A DNA stretch of 62,694 bases, counting the filler, from a bacterium (GTDB lineage Bacteria > UBP15 > UBA6099 > JAJRTR01), in the NCBI GenBank assembly GCA_024278215.1. It is 6 parts of 6 records of this genome, joined end to end, with 100 filler letters (N's around TTAATTAATTAA, not from the genome) between each part and the next. Parts side by side here need not be neighbours in the genome. Positions count along the whole stretch, not along the records: positions 1 to 5,813 come from JAJRTR010000001.1; positions 5,914 to 16,773 come from JAJRTR010000039.1; 4 more parts are not named here. One strand, 5' to 3'. The notes under the pieces were generated by a model that was not told where the DNA came from, ran no database searches, and saw only the letters and a program-made list of their open reading frames with translations. The first letter of the stretch is position 1. The number at the start of each line of letters is the position of its first letter. Below are positions 1-8,296 of this stretch, piece after piece. The translations under genes and the position numbers were made by a program.

Positions 1-48
1 AACAATTTCGCTCGATCTCGCTGCGAACATAATTTTTCAATCGCTCTC
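1..48. repeat. Repeat family A (palindromic MITE-like element), right arm, truncated by window edge
   Basis: AACAATTTCGCTCGATCTCGCTGCGAACATAATTTTTCAATCGCTC matches the right arm of the copies at 18026-18184 and 35983-36158. It abuts the TAA stop of the M48 gene. Confidence 0.8.
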
Positions 49-1179
49 TTATATATCATCTTCAACAAAATCATTCCACAGAAACTTTTTTAAATTATCT
101 GTCCATTGGTCAAGCAGTTCCTCAGGCGTTTTCCGTTCGCTTGCTTCAATATCGGCGGGAAGCACCTCGACAATTTTAATATTACGAACCCACAGGCTCC
201 ACACGCCGCCTGCCCGTCGTTTCTTAAATTCGTACATTCTTACGCCCTCTTCGAAAAGGCTGTTCAGGACAGAGCTGATGTTTTTTGCGCGGGCGTATTC
301 GCTGCTCTCGGCACCGCTGTCGGCGAGAGTCATAATCGGTTTTTTCCTGCCGGTCAGCTGTGCGGTGCATTTGCCGTCATCGCCGCATGTTTCATGCACG
401 ATCACCCGTTCCGTTATAACATTCTCAGGTATTTCCGGCGGTGTTTCGATGCCGAGTTTTTTGTATTCATTTCTTACAATCTTCTGCCTTTTATCCATCG
501 GTGGATGAAAATCGAAATAGTCGGCGAGCAGATTGGGATAATGAGTGCTCTGTCGTTCGAGCTTTTTGAAGAATTTTAGCATTGCAAGCGGATTGTAACC
601 GGCCTTTTTCATGTACCTGATGCCGTATGTGTCCGCCTCTATCTCGGCGCCGCGTCCGAAAATATCAACCTTGGACTGCTGTACCATCTGGCTTGCCACA
701 ACAACATTAGGGTCTCTCGTCAGAACAAGCAGCAGGAAGTTCAGCATCATATTCTTTAAGCTCTTTTTGTAGAGCGATACGCCGTGCCTGTGGGCGACAT
801 GCACAATTTCATGGGAGACCACAGCGGCGAGTTCATCATCGTCGTCCACGAAGTCCATCAGGCCGCGGGTAACGAAAATATAGCCTCCGGGAAGCGCGAA
901 CGCATTGACGACCTTCGTGTTGACAATGTAAAAATGGTACTCGATATTGGAGCGTTCGCTCACTTCTATTATGTGATCGACGATCCCGTGCAGCCGGGCA
1001 AGCTCAGCCGGGTTGTCTACTACGCCATAAAAATTTATGACCTGCTCGGCGGCTTCCTTTCCCATACGTATCTCTTTGTCTTCGCTGACATCGAGCATAT
1101 TGGCGCTGCTTCTTAACGGTATAACGAGAACAATCATAAGCGCCGTGAAAAACAGAAATATTTTATACTTAGCGATCAT
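49..1179 (-). CDS. M48 family zinc metalloprotease (BepA/YfgC-like) with C-terminal extension
   Basis: N-terminal signal or TM segment, VNAFALPGG, HEIVH zinc motif, EIEAD, HPP near the domain end. Confidence 0.9.
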   Translation of the reverse strand: MIAKYKIFLFFTALMIVLVIPLRSSANMLDVSEDKEIRMGKEAAEQVINFYGVVDNPAELARLHGIVDHIIEVSERSNIEYHFYIVNTKVVNAFALPGGYIFVTRGLMDFVDDDDELAAVVSHEIVHVAHRHGVSLYKKSLKNMMLNFLLLVLTRDPNVVVASQMVQQSKVDIFGRGAEIEADTYGIRYMKKAGYNPLAMLKFFKKLERQSTHYPNLLADYFDFHPPMDKRQKIVRNEYKKLGIETPPEIPENVITERVIVHETCGDDGKCTAQLTGRKKPIMTLADSGAESSEYARAKNISSVLNSLFEEGVRMYEFKKRRAGGVWSLWVRNIKIVEVLPADIEASERKTPEELLDQWTDNLKKFLWNDFVEDDI

Positions 1180-1975
1180 TGGTTCGACCTGTCACCTTCA
1201 CAGAAGCACCGACAGGAAGTTTTATCGTTTCAAGCGCACTGCCCCTCGTGACTCCTATCTCCAGCATTCCCGTACTCCCGAAATATGCAACGAGCTCTCC
1301 GGGTTCCTTATCGGAAAAAGTGCCTGATATTCCCATTATAGAAAAATTGCCGATTTTTACAAAAATTGTTTTTTTGTTAAAGCAAGCAGCCATATCGTAC
1401 GGTATATTGGTAATATAATTTCCGAAGCGGTCGATGTGTAAAACACAGCCTCGTATATTGTTTTCCGCGGCAACGGGCTCGGCAATATCAAGCAGGGCTG
1501 GTGTGCGCAGAGGCGGGCCGACTTCCTCGACGGGAACACCGCCGGCAAGATGCGCGGCAACAGGCGCGAAGATGTCGCGTCCGTGAAATGTCGAGCTGAC
1601 CGGTTTGTTCATCAAGTCTTCATTTTCAATCACAAACGCCCTGTATTTCCGCTTGCTGTCCGAGAGTATCATGCCGGCTATGCCGTTGTCCGGCAACACA
1701 AGAATGTAACCCCCGCATTCGACAGCTATCGCGGCCCTGTCGCCGCCCACACCAGGGTCTATCACGGCGCAATGTATTGTGCCCGCGGGGTATTGCCTGT
1801 AATATGTCCAGAGCATGTATGCGGCGGATTCGATATGAAACTCGGGCAGGTTGTGGCATATATCGATGATTCGCGCTTCAGGCGCAATCGACACGATCAC
1901 ACCTTTCATGATTCCGACATAAGTGTCCTGATCACCGAAATCCGTTAGAAGCGTTATGATGCGCCGATGTGCCAA
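1169..1975 (-). CDS. SAM hydrolase / SAM-dependent halogenase family protein (DUF62)
   Basis: ITLLTDFG, VIDPGVG, PDNG, STFHGRDIFAPVAA, HIDRFGN motifs. The His in TFHGRD favours the hydrolase type. Confidence 0.92.
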   Translation of the reverse strand: MAHRRIITLLTDFGDQDTYVGIMKGVIVSIAPEARIIDICHNLPEFHIESAAYMLWTYYRQYPAGTIHCAVIDPGVGGDRAAIAVECGGYILVLPDNGIAGMILSDSKRKYRAFVIENEDLMNKPVSSTFHGRDIFAPVAAHLAGGVPVEEVGPPLRTPALLDIAEPVAAENNIRGCVLHIDRFGNYITNIPYDMAACFNKKTIFVKIGNFSIMGISGTFSDKEPGELVAYFGSTGMLEIGVTRGSALETIKLPVGASVKVTGRTNDR

Positions 1976-1978
1976 AGT

Positions 1979-2305
1979 TTACTTGCTCCCGGTATTTTCA
2001 TCTATCCAGTCAAGATATGGTTTATTGCCCCCGGCTATGGGTATCGCGATGATCTCGGGCACGTCGTAAGGATGCTTTTCAGTGACGGCGGCCTGAAGCT
2101 TGTCGAAGAGTTCGAGCCTGGTTTTCATCATAATCAAAACTTCCTGATCGTCCTGCACCTTGCCGTCCCACCAGTAGAGAGAGCGGACAGGATTCAACAG
2201 ATTAGCGCAGGCGGCGAGTTTTTCCGAAACACAGTGCCCGGCGATTTCCATGGCTTCCTTTTCACCCGGCGCAGTCACGTATACAACACAGTATCCGTTT
2301 TCCAT
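1979..2305 (-). CDS. cutA: Divalent-cation tolerance protein CutA
   Basis: LAACAN, SLYWWDGKV, HPYDVPEI, YLDWI motifs; 108 aa. Confidence 0.95.
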   Translation of the reverse strand: MENGYCVVYVTAPGEKEAMEIAGHCVSEKLAACANLLNPVRSLYWWDGKVQDDQEVLIMMKTRLELFDKLQAAVTEKHPYDVPEIIAIPIAGGNKPYLDWIDENTGSK

Positions 2306-2375
2306 AATAACACTCCATAAAATATATTCTCTATAGAGCCGATAGATTTTCTTATAAAGTTCTCAAGTTCAGGTT

Positions 2376-3503
2376 TCAGTCGAGGTCCGTCGAATAGGCG
2401 ACGACCCTGTTGCGCCCCGTCTCCTTTGCGGCGTAAAGAGCTTTGTCGGCGCAATCTATGAGGTCTTCCATAGTAGCGGCATCTTCAGGAAACACAGCGA
2501 CACCCGCGCTGATAGTAATAGTTTTAGAAACAGTATCTTCGCCGCACCGCATGATAAACGGCTCGTCGGCTATAACGCTGCGGATGAGTTCGCCTCTTTC
2601 GACGGCTTCTGCTCTATCTGATTCATGGGAACAAACGAGAATTTCTTCGCCGCCGTACCTGTAAATCTGTTCTGATCTGGTATGCACTTTCCTGAGCCTG
2701 TTGGCGATAGAGACAAGGACCTGGTCGCCGCACGGATGTCCGTAAGTGTCATTAACTCTTTTGAAGTGGTCGATATCGAGCATGTAAACAGCAATGCGGG
2801 AACCGTTTCTTGCAGCCCATTCTATTTCTCTCGACAGCCTTTGCTTGAGGAACCTGCGTGTAAAAAGACCTGTGAGTGGGTCGGTTCTTGCGAGTTGGAA
2901 AAGATGCGAATTGTCGATGACCGAGCCGACATAATTTGCAATCGTGCAGAGAAATCGCCATTCGGATTTCCCGTATTCCTCATTGCTGTGTTTGCAGATC
3001 ATCAGAAAACCGAGTTCGTGATCCTGAAAGGAAAGAGGTATAAATGAAGATTGAAGCCCCTTGATGATGCTCATGCTTTCGAAGAAACGGCTCCATTCCT
3101 CGGTGGACACAACTTCGTCCCAGCGCGTGTTTTCGTCTACCTGAAAGGGCATCCTGATCTCGTCGGAAATGGGGCACTCATCGTTGTTTGAGGACTTCAT
3201 TTTTATGTACACGGTATTGTTGTCGCCATAGAGCGCGATGAGGAAAAATCTAACGACCGTGAAGAAATCCATAACGAGTTCGACGACTCGCTCCTGGATA
3301 TCGTCCCAGTTCATCGAGAAGGTGACATTGCGAATAACAGCATAGATAAGATCGAGTTCACGTTCTTTAAGGTCGAGATTGTTTTTTAGTTCGGCGTTCT
3401 CGTTCACCAGTTCGCCCGCGATCTTTTTCAGGAACTCGATCGAGTCGGTCGGATTATCATATATGCTGAGTCTCTTGTCGGCCATTACTGCTATTATTCC
3501 CAT
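2376..3503 (-). CDS. Sensor diguanylate cyclase (GAF-like + GGDEF)
   Basis: TDPLTGL, DIDHFKRVNDTYGH, RYGGEEI, ADKALYAAKETGRN; N-terminal coiled coil and GAF-like segment. Confidence 0.93.
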   Translation of the reverse strand: MGIIAVMADKRLSIYDNPTDSIEFLKKIAGELVNENAELKNNLDLKERELDLIYAVIRNVTFSMNWDDIQERVVELVMDFFTVVRFFLIALYGDNNTVYIKMKSSNNDECPISDEIRMPFQVDENTRWDEVVSTEEWSRFFESMSIIKGLQSSFIPLSFQDHELGFLMICKHSNEEYGKSEWRFLCTIANYVGSVIDNSHLFQLARTDPLTGLFTRRFLKQRLSREIEWAARNGSRIAVYMLDIDHFKRVNDTYGHPCGDQVLVSIANRLRKVHTRSEQIYRYGGEEILVCSHESDRAEAVERGELIRSVIADEPFIMRCGEDTVSKTITISAGVAVFPEDAATMEDLIDCADKALYAAKETGRNRVVAYSTDLD

Positions 3504-3549
3504 AAGTAAAGTTTTTGAATCGTATTTTTGACAAAATCAATCGTCCGTT

Positions 3550-4704
3550 TTACAGCTTAAGCATGATCTTTCCGTCCTGACGTGTGCAGGACTGCTTGAT
3601 GGCTTTCACGCCGCTGCCCAGTTTGTAGCGCGATGTGATGATCTTTCGCATGTCGATAGCGCCGGAAGCCATGAGGCGGATGACATTGGGGAATGTGCCG
3701 TTTCCACTGTGTCCCTGCGCGCCGAAGAACTGCGAGTGATTGACCTGGAAAGTTTCGAGATACACCGGCACGCGCTTCGCCGCGCGTCCGATCTGCACGA
3801 TGCGGCTGTTTATCGCGAGTGTCTGTTCGGCGACAGGTATAGTGAGATGCGGAGCGCCGGCAGACTCGACATGCAGGTCCGCGCCGTCGCCGTCCGTGAT
3901 GTCCATAATCTTTTTTACGCTGTCCACCTTTGCCGGATCGTACACTTCGTCCGCGCCCATCTTTTTAGCGAGTTTCCTGCGGCCCGCGCTCACTTCGAAA
4001 GCGATGATTCTCGCGGCACCGGCAGCTCGGCAAAGCGCTATCGAGGCAAGCCCGATGGGGCCGGTTCCATAGACTACGACATAGGCGCCGGGCCTGAATC
4101 CGCCCGCCCGCTCGAATATCCCGTTGTATGCAACACAAGTCGGTTCGACCAGCGCGCCCGCTTCGTATATTTCGTCCGCATTCGCGCACGCGCCCTTCAG
4201 GGCATTGAGTTTCCAGCAGAATTTCGCACCGATGGCAATATATTCCGCGAAAGCGCCGTTAATTGTGAAGCCGATTTCTTCGAGATTGCGACACTGGTTG
4301 GGATAGCCGTTACGGCATGGCACGCAATGGCCGCACCATATCATTTCCTCCGCCGTCACCATGTCGCCTTTTTTGAAACCCTGGACGTCTTTGCCCACCT
4401 CTTCCACGCGTCCGGCGAACTCGTGTCCGAGTATGCTCGGAAATTTCGTCAGCCCCGGATACATGATATAGCCCTGGTCGTCCGTCTCGTAGAAGTGCAT
4501 GTCCGAACCGCATATGCCGCACGCCCTTATCCTTATGAGCAGTTCATCCGGTTTAGGTTTTGGGACTTTGGTTTCACGCACCTCGAGTTTCGGGTTTTTC
4601 CATACACTGTTGCCTGTTATCGCTTTACCAGTCGCCTTTTCCCAGGCGCTTACCTTATAGTCCTTCTTCGGTTCCCATTTCGCATCAAGAAACAATCCTT
4701 TCAT
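3550..4704 (-). CDS. iolM: Zn-dependent medium-chain dehydrogenase, scyllo-inosose 3-dehydrogenase type
   Basis: CGICGSD, GHE and CxxCxxC...C zinc motifs. Subfamily segments recalled from Thermotoga IolM: GYIMYPGLTKFP, AEEMIWCG, VEPTCVAYN, QGHSGNGTFP. Confidence 0.8.
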   Translation of the reverse strand: MKGLFLDAKWEPKKDYKVSAWEKATGKAITGNSVWKNPKLEVRETKVPKPKPDELLIRIRACGICGSDMHFYETDDQGYIMYPGLTKFPSILGHEFAGRVEEVGKDVQGFKKGDMVTAEEMIWCGHCVPCRNGYPNQCRNLEEIGFTINGAFAEYIAIGAKFCWKLNALKGACANADEIYEAGALVEPTCVAYNGIFERAGGFRPGAYVVVYGTGPIGLASIALCRAAGAARIIAFEVSAGRRKLAKKMGADEVYDPAKVDSVKKIMDITDGDGADLHVESAGAPHLTIPVAEQTLAINSRIVQIGRAAKRVPVYLETFQVNHSQFFGAQGHSGNGTFPNVIRLMASGAIDMRKIITSRYKLGSGVKAIKQSCTRQDGKIMLKL

Positions 4705-4796
4705 TGCAGCCTCCTGTAATTAGAATATTTATCTCCGGATAATTTGGAGAGTATGGACGGTAGAAATATCGTCCGAAAGTCTCGGTATCAATGCGC

Positions 4797-5813
4797 TCAG
4801 CGAGTGATGGCGGCCGGTCTTCTCGGGATGCTTGCTTTCACGTATTTTACTACATTATGATGCACGGGATACTTAACGAGATTGTAGTGGTCGAGTATCA
4901 TGTTGTTAACTTTAGCCGCGTAATCAGCGAACGCCCTGTCCTTGATTTTTGCGATATCCCTGTAGGAAAGCACATCGGAAGTGGTACCGTCCTGAAGCGC
5001 GATGCCCGAGAGTTCCATGTCGTAGAGAGGTTCTTCGACTCCTGCTATTACGATTTTTGTTTCGATGGGCAATTCGCCTTCGACATAAGCCGTTTTCTTC
5101 AGGCCTTTGTACCTCGTGTTGACTTTATCGTGAAGGATGTGCCGCTTGAACATGCCGATGTAGACGATGTCGGCGTCGTATTTATCGATCAATTTCTTTA
5201 TCTCGTCTTCCTTAACTTTGTCGCTGAAACGCATCGACGCATAATCGCCTTCCGGCACAACAACCCTGAAGTAGCCGGTTTCTCGAATCCGGTTGACCAT
5301 CTGTTTAGTCTTCAACTCACTGGGGGTTGGCGACCATCTTTCTGTGCCGCGCGGGTTTTCGTATGGGACTACTACAACGGTTTTTTTGTGGTAGTTGTTG
5401 CGGAAGACTTCGTTGAAATCGAGCGCTTCGACAGGCGTGAGCGACCCGATGGGTGTCTCCTTTTCATATTTCAGAAGTTTGTAGAAAGGATCGAATCTGT
5501 TGTCGAGTGAAATCTTGATCGGTTCGTAGTTGAAACCGGATTTGTCGATGATGTAGCTGAAGTTGCCGAGTATCGTCTCGTTGTTCGGGTCGAGTTTCAG
5601 GCCCCTGTAGCCGAGTTGCTGTGCGTTTTCCATGTCGCCGTCTTCGAAATAGCAAAGCGAGAAATTATTCAGCACTGCCCCTGTGAGGCATTTGTTCTCG
5701 ACAGCCTGCGTGAGGTAGTCCATAGCTGCGTCGCATTTTCCGTTATAAACGAGCATCGTGCCGACATTGGCAGCCGCGCATCCGTTCTTCGGGTCGGCCT
5801 GATATGCTTTGTC
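4797..5813 (-). CDS. TPR-containing hypothetical protein, 5'-truncated at contig end
   Basis: The frame stays open to the gap (DKAYQADPKNGCAAANVG...). TPR-like helices LNNFSLCY...GLKLDPNN. Confidence 0.7.
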   Translation of the reverse strand, partial: DKAYQADPKNGCAAANVGTMLVYNGKCDAAMDYLTQAVENKCLTGAVLNNFSLCYFEDGDMENAQQLGYRGLKLDPNNETILGNFSYIIDKSGFNYEPIKISLDNRFDPFYKLLKYEKETPIGSLTPVEALDFNEVFRNNYHKKTVVVVPYENPRGTERWSPTPSELKTKQMVNRIRETGYFRVVVPEGDYASMRFSDKVKEDEIKKLIDKYDADIVYIGMFKRHILHDKVNTRYKGLKKTAYVEGELPIETKIVIAGVEEPLYDMELSGIALQDGTTSDVLSYRDIAKIKDRAFADYAAKVNNMILDHYNLVKYPVHHNVVKYVKASIPRRPAAITR

Positions 5814-5913
5814 NNNNNNNNNNNNNNNNNNNNNNNNNNNNNNNNNNNNNNNNNNNNTTAATTAATTAANNNNNNNNNNNNNNNNNNNNNNNNNNNNNNN
5901 NNNNNNNNNNNNN
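5814..5913. other. Artificial contig linker (N44-TTAATTAATTAA-N44); also at 16774-16873, 28007-28106, 45045-45144, 52282-52381
   Basis: Identical 100-nt spacer with stops in all six frames, present five times. Confidence 0.99.
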
Positions 5914-6054
5914 GCAATTGTCAACAGCTGCGTTGTCGGCACAAAATCATCCTCGACGTACTCTACAAGTACGCCTGCGGGGATTTTGCACCTCCGCCTT
6001 GCTTCCGACCAATTTCGCTCGACCTCGCTTCGAACATAATTTTGCAACTGGCTC
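5914..6054. repeat. Repeat family A, truncated at contig start
   Basis: Core CCTCGACGTACTCTACAAGTACGCCTGCG and right terminus AATTTTGCAACTGGCTC. Confidence 0.93.
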
Positions 6055-6132
6055 GATTGCTATAATGACGTGTCTACTTTTTCTGTTCCTTCCACTAAAT
6101 TATTCTCTTACGTCTTTTCATCGTTGACACGA

Positions 6133-7500
6133 CTATAACCGTTCAAAAACATTTCTGCCGTCGAGTCTGAGGCCCGCGGTGGGGATTTCGGGGTAAAGGC
6201 TCAGGATCGACGGCATTACATCGGCGATATTCAGGTTCTCGACATCAATGATTTTACAGCCGCGCACGCACAATGCGGCATCCCAGTAGGTGTGCATACC
6301 GATGATGGCGTCTTTCTGCGTGAAGCTCGGATTCAACAGGTTGCCCTTCAGGTCGTAGCCGTCGTGGGGCAGAGCCACAAGGTCCGCCGTAAGGTCGAAA
6401 AGCGGGCCGCTGTATATCTCCTCGCGCTTGAAAACACTTTTTATTATCGGCTCGCCGGTGTCGGGGTCGGTAAGCGTAAGCAGGAAATCTTTAAGCTCGG
6501 CCCTTAGCCTGTCGTACTGTGCGCCGGGTTCGACCGATCCGTTTTTCTCCCGGCCTTTCAGGTTGATGAAAAACCTGCCGGGTATCATGCTGTATGCTTT
6601 TGTGTCGGGGTGAATATCGGCGGGCGATTTTGCTTCTTCGGAGTTCAGCTTCAGGTAGCCTGCCTCGCGCAGCGGCACATTCACATACACTTCCTTTTTC
6701 AAGGTGCAGAACCCGTGGTCCGACATTACGATAATCGTGGTTTCTTCCGGCAGCCTGTCGGAGACAGTGCCTATGAAGTCGTCGACTTTCCTGAAGAATT
6801 TCATAATCAGAGGCGCATATTTTTCGTCATTCTTATCGAGATACTCCCAGAAGAAGTGGCCGATACGGTCTGTTTCCATAATGTGTGAGATCATGAAATC
6901 GGGCTGGTCCGTGTCCAGCAGGTAGAGTGTCGCCTCGAGCCTTTTCTCCAGCGCAGTGAACAAGTCTTCGAGATAGCCGTCGAGGTCCGACCGTGCTTTC
7001 CAGGGGTCGGCGTCGATAATGTAGCCCATTTCTTTGAGTTTGCCGGCAAGTTGCGGCGGATAGGTGGCTTTATCAATGTTTGTCGCCAGGAAGCAGGAGA
7101 CCATTGAGCCGTTGACCTTTTTCGGCGGGTAGGAGATCGGCACATTCATGGCGACAACTTTCCTGCCGTGCTCGCCCAGGATTTCCCACAGTGACTTCTC
7201 TTTTATATCCACAGATGTCGGAATCTTCATCGCCATAGTAGCCGGGTCCCTGTCGATGAAGCCCATAATGCCGTGTTTCGCGGGATTTTTGCCGGTCATG
7301 AATGTAGTCCACGCGACAGAAGATATAGGGGGAATAACAGAATTCATCTGCTTCATGTCGCCGCCGTCACTAATGTTTCCCAGGTTCGGGAATTCGCCTT
7401 TTGCGAGCATCCGCTGGAGGAAGGTAAAGGGAACGCCGTCGATGCCGATGACAAAAACGCGGGGTTTGATCGAACCGCCGCAGCCGTGCTCATTATTCAT
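6133..7500 (-). CDS. Alkaline phosphatase superfamily protein (type I phosphodiesterase / nucleotide pyrophosphatase)
   Basis: VIGIDG, SVIPPISSVAWTTFMTGKNPAKHG, TDRIGHFFW, SDHGF, GMH. Start set at MNNEHG after a GGAGAG RBS. Confidence 0.9.
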   Translation of the reverse strand: MNNEHGCGGSIKPRVFVIGIDGVPFTFLQRMLAKGEFPNLGNISDGGDMKQMNSVIPPISSVAWTTFMTGKNPAKHGIMGFIDRDPATMAMKIPTSVDIKEKSLWEILGEHGRKVVAMNVPISYPPKKVNGSMVSCFLATNIDKATYPPQLAGKLKEMGYIIDADPWKARSDLDGYLEDLFTALEKRLEATLYLLDTDQPDFMISHIMETDRIGHFFWEYLDKNDEKYAPLIMKFFRKVDDFIGTVSDRLPEETTIIVMSDHGFCTLKKEVYVNVPLREAGYLKLNSEEAKSPADIHPDTKAYSMIPGRFFINLKGREKNGSVEPGAQYDRLRAELKDFLLTLTDPDTGEPIIKSVFKREEIYSGPLFDLTADLVALPHDGYDLKGNLLNPSFTQKDAIIGMHTYWDAALCVRGCKIIDVENLNIADVMPSILSLYPEIPTAGLRLDGRNVFERL

Positions 7501-7534
7501 AATTGCTCTCCTGCCGTATTGAAATTGTAACACT

Positions 7535-7563
7535 TATCCCGCGCTGGTGAAATATGCGGGTTA
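7535..7563. repeat. Repeat family C mini-palindrome (consensus TAACCCGCATTGGTGAAATATGCGGGYTA)
   Basis: Further copies at 10705-10730, 17297-17325, 19553-19579, 34355-34386, 35653-35681, 40253-40264 (partial), 45393-45419, and in reverse at 46135-46160 and 51794-51820. Confidence 0.9.
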
Positions 7564-7635
7564 TCGTCGAACTGGATATAAAAAATGAAACAGGGGGGCG
7601 TTGATAGACAGCCGGAGTTCTGCCGACGCTTTCTA

Positions 7636-8022
7636 TCAGCTTTCTTCCTCATCTTCACTGTCGAGAACGGATTTAAGCTTGCTGCGCAGTGTTGCTTCCT
7701 TGAAGGGTTTGAGGACATAGCCTGCCGCGCCGTCTCTGAAAGCGGTTATAACCTTTTCTTTTTTGCCCACAGCGGTAAGCATCACGACAGGAATATCTTT
7801 CGTATGAGGATCATCCTTCAGAAGCATCAGAGTCGAGAAACCGTCAAAACCGGGCATCATGATGTCGAGAAGAATAATGTCTATTTCCTGTTCATTAGCG
7901 AATTCTATCGCCTCGTGTCCGTCCTTGGCAAGCAGGATGTTATATTCGCAACCGAAAACCTCGTTTATCGCCTCGCGTACAACAGGATCATCGTCAACCG
8001 CAAGAAGTGTTTTTCTGGCCAT
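7636..8022 (-). CDS. Single-domain response regulator (receiver only)
   Basis: LAVDDD, LLDIMMPGFDG, MLTA, YVLKPF. GAGGTG RBS before the ATG at 8022. Confidence 0.93.
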   Translation of the reverse strand: MARKTLLAVDDDPVVREAINEVFGCEYNILLAKDGHEAIEFANEQEIDIILLDIMMPGFDGFSTLMLLKDDPHTKDIPVVMLTAVGKKEKVITAFRDGAAGYVLKPFKEATLRSKLKSVLDSEDEEES

Positions 8023-8296
8023 TTGCTTCACCTCTGTATATCCAAGTGGTAATCAACTATATTATAAACCCGTACAAACTACATTGCCAACAGTATTTAA
8101 GACAAATATCAGCGGGATTACTGCGCGCGAGACAAGTCCGGCAACAAAACCCGGCTCAAGCGATGTCTGCGCATTTCTGTGTAATAATAACAAAGCCGCT
8201 GGAAATACGGCGACGGTTTTAAAACGCAAAGGTTCAGAATATAATGTCGGTTGACGTTGCGGTGCGCGACTCACGCGCGGCGACAGGAGGCATGAT

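Noticed and set aside
1169-1975. Possible fluorinase or chlorinase
   Set aside because: The TFHGRD His motif and housekeeping context fit the common DUF62 SAM hydrolase.
5858-5869. TTAATTAATTAA repeated five times inside N runs
   Set aside because: Artificial six-frame-stop contig linker, not biology.
5862-6047. Recurring small ORFs such as MQNYVRSEVERN...GVLVEYVED (also 17930-18142 and 52148-52333), suggestive of a peptide family
   Set aside because: They are translations of repeat family A. Copies carry indels and lack consistent starts or RBS.
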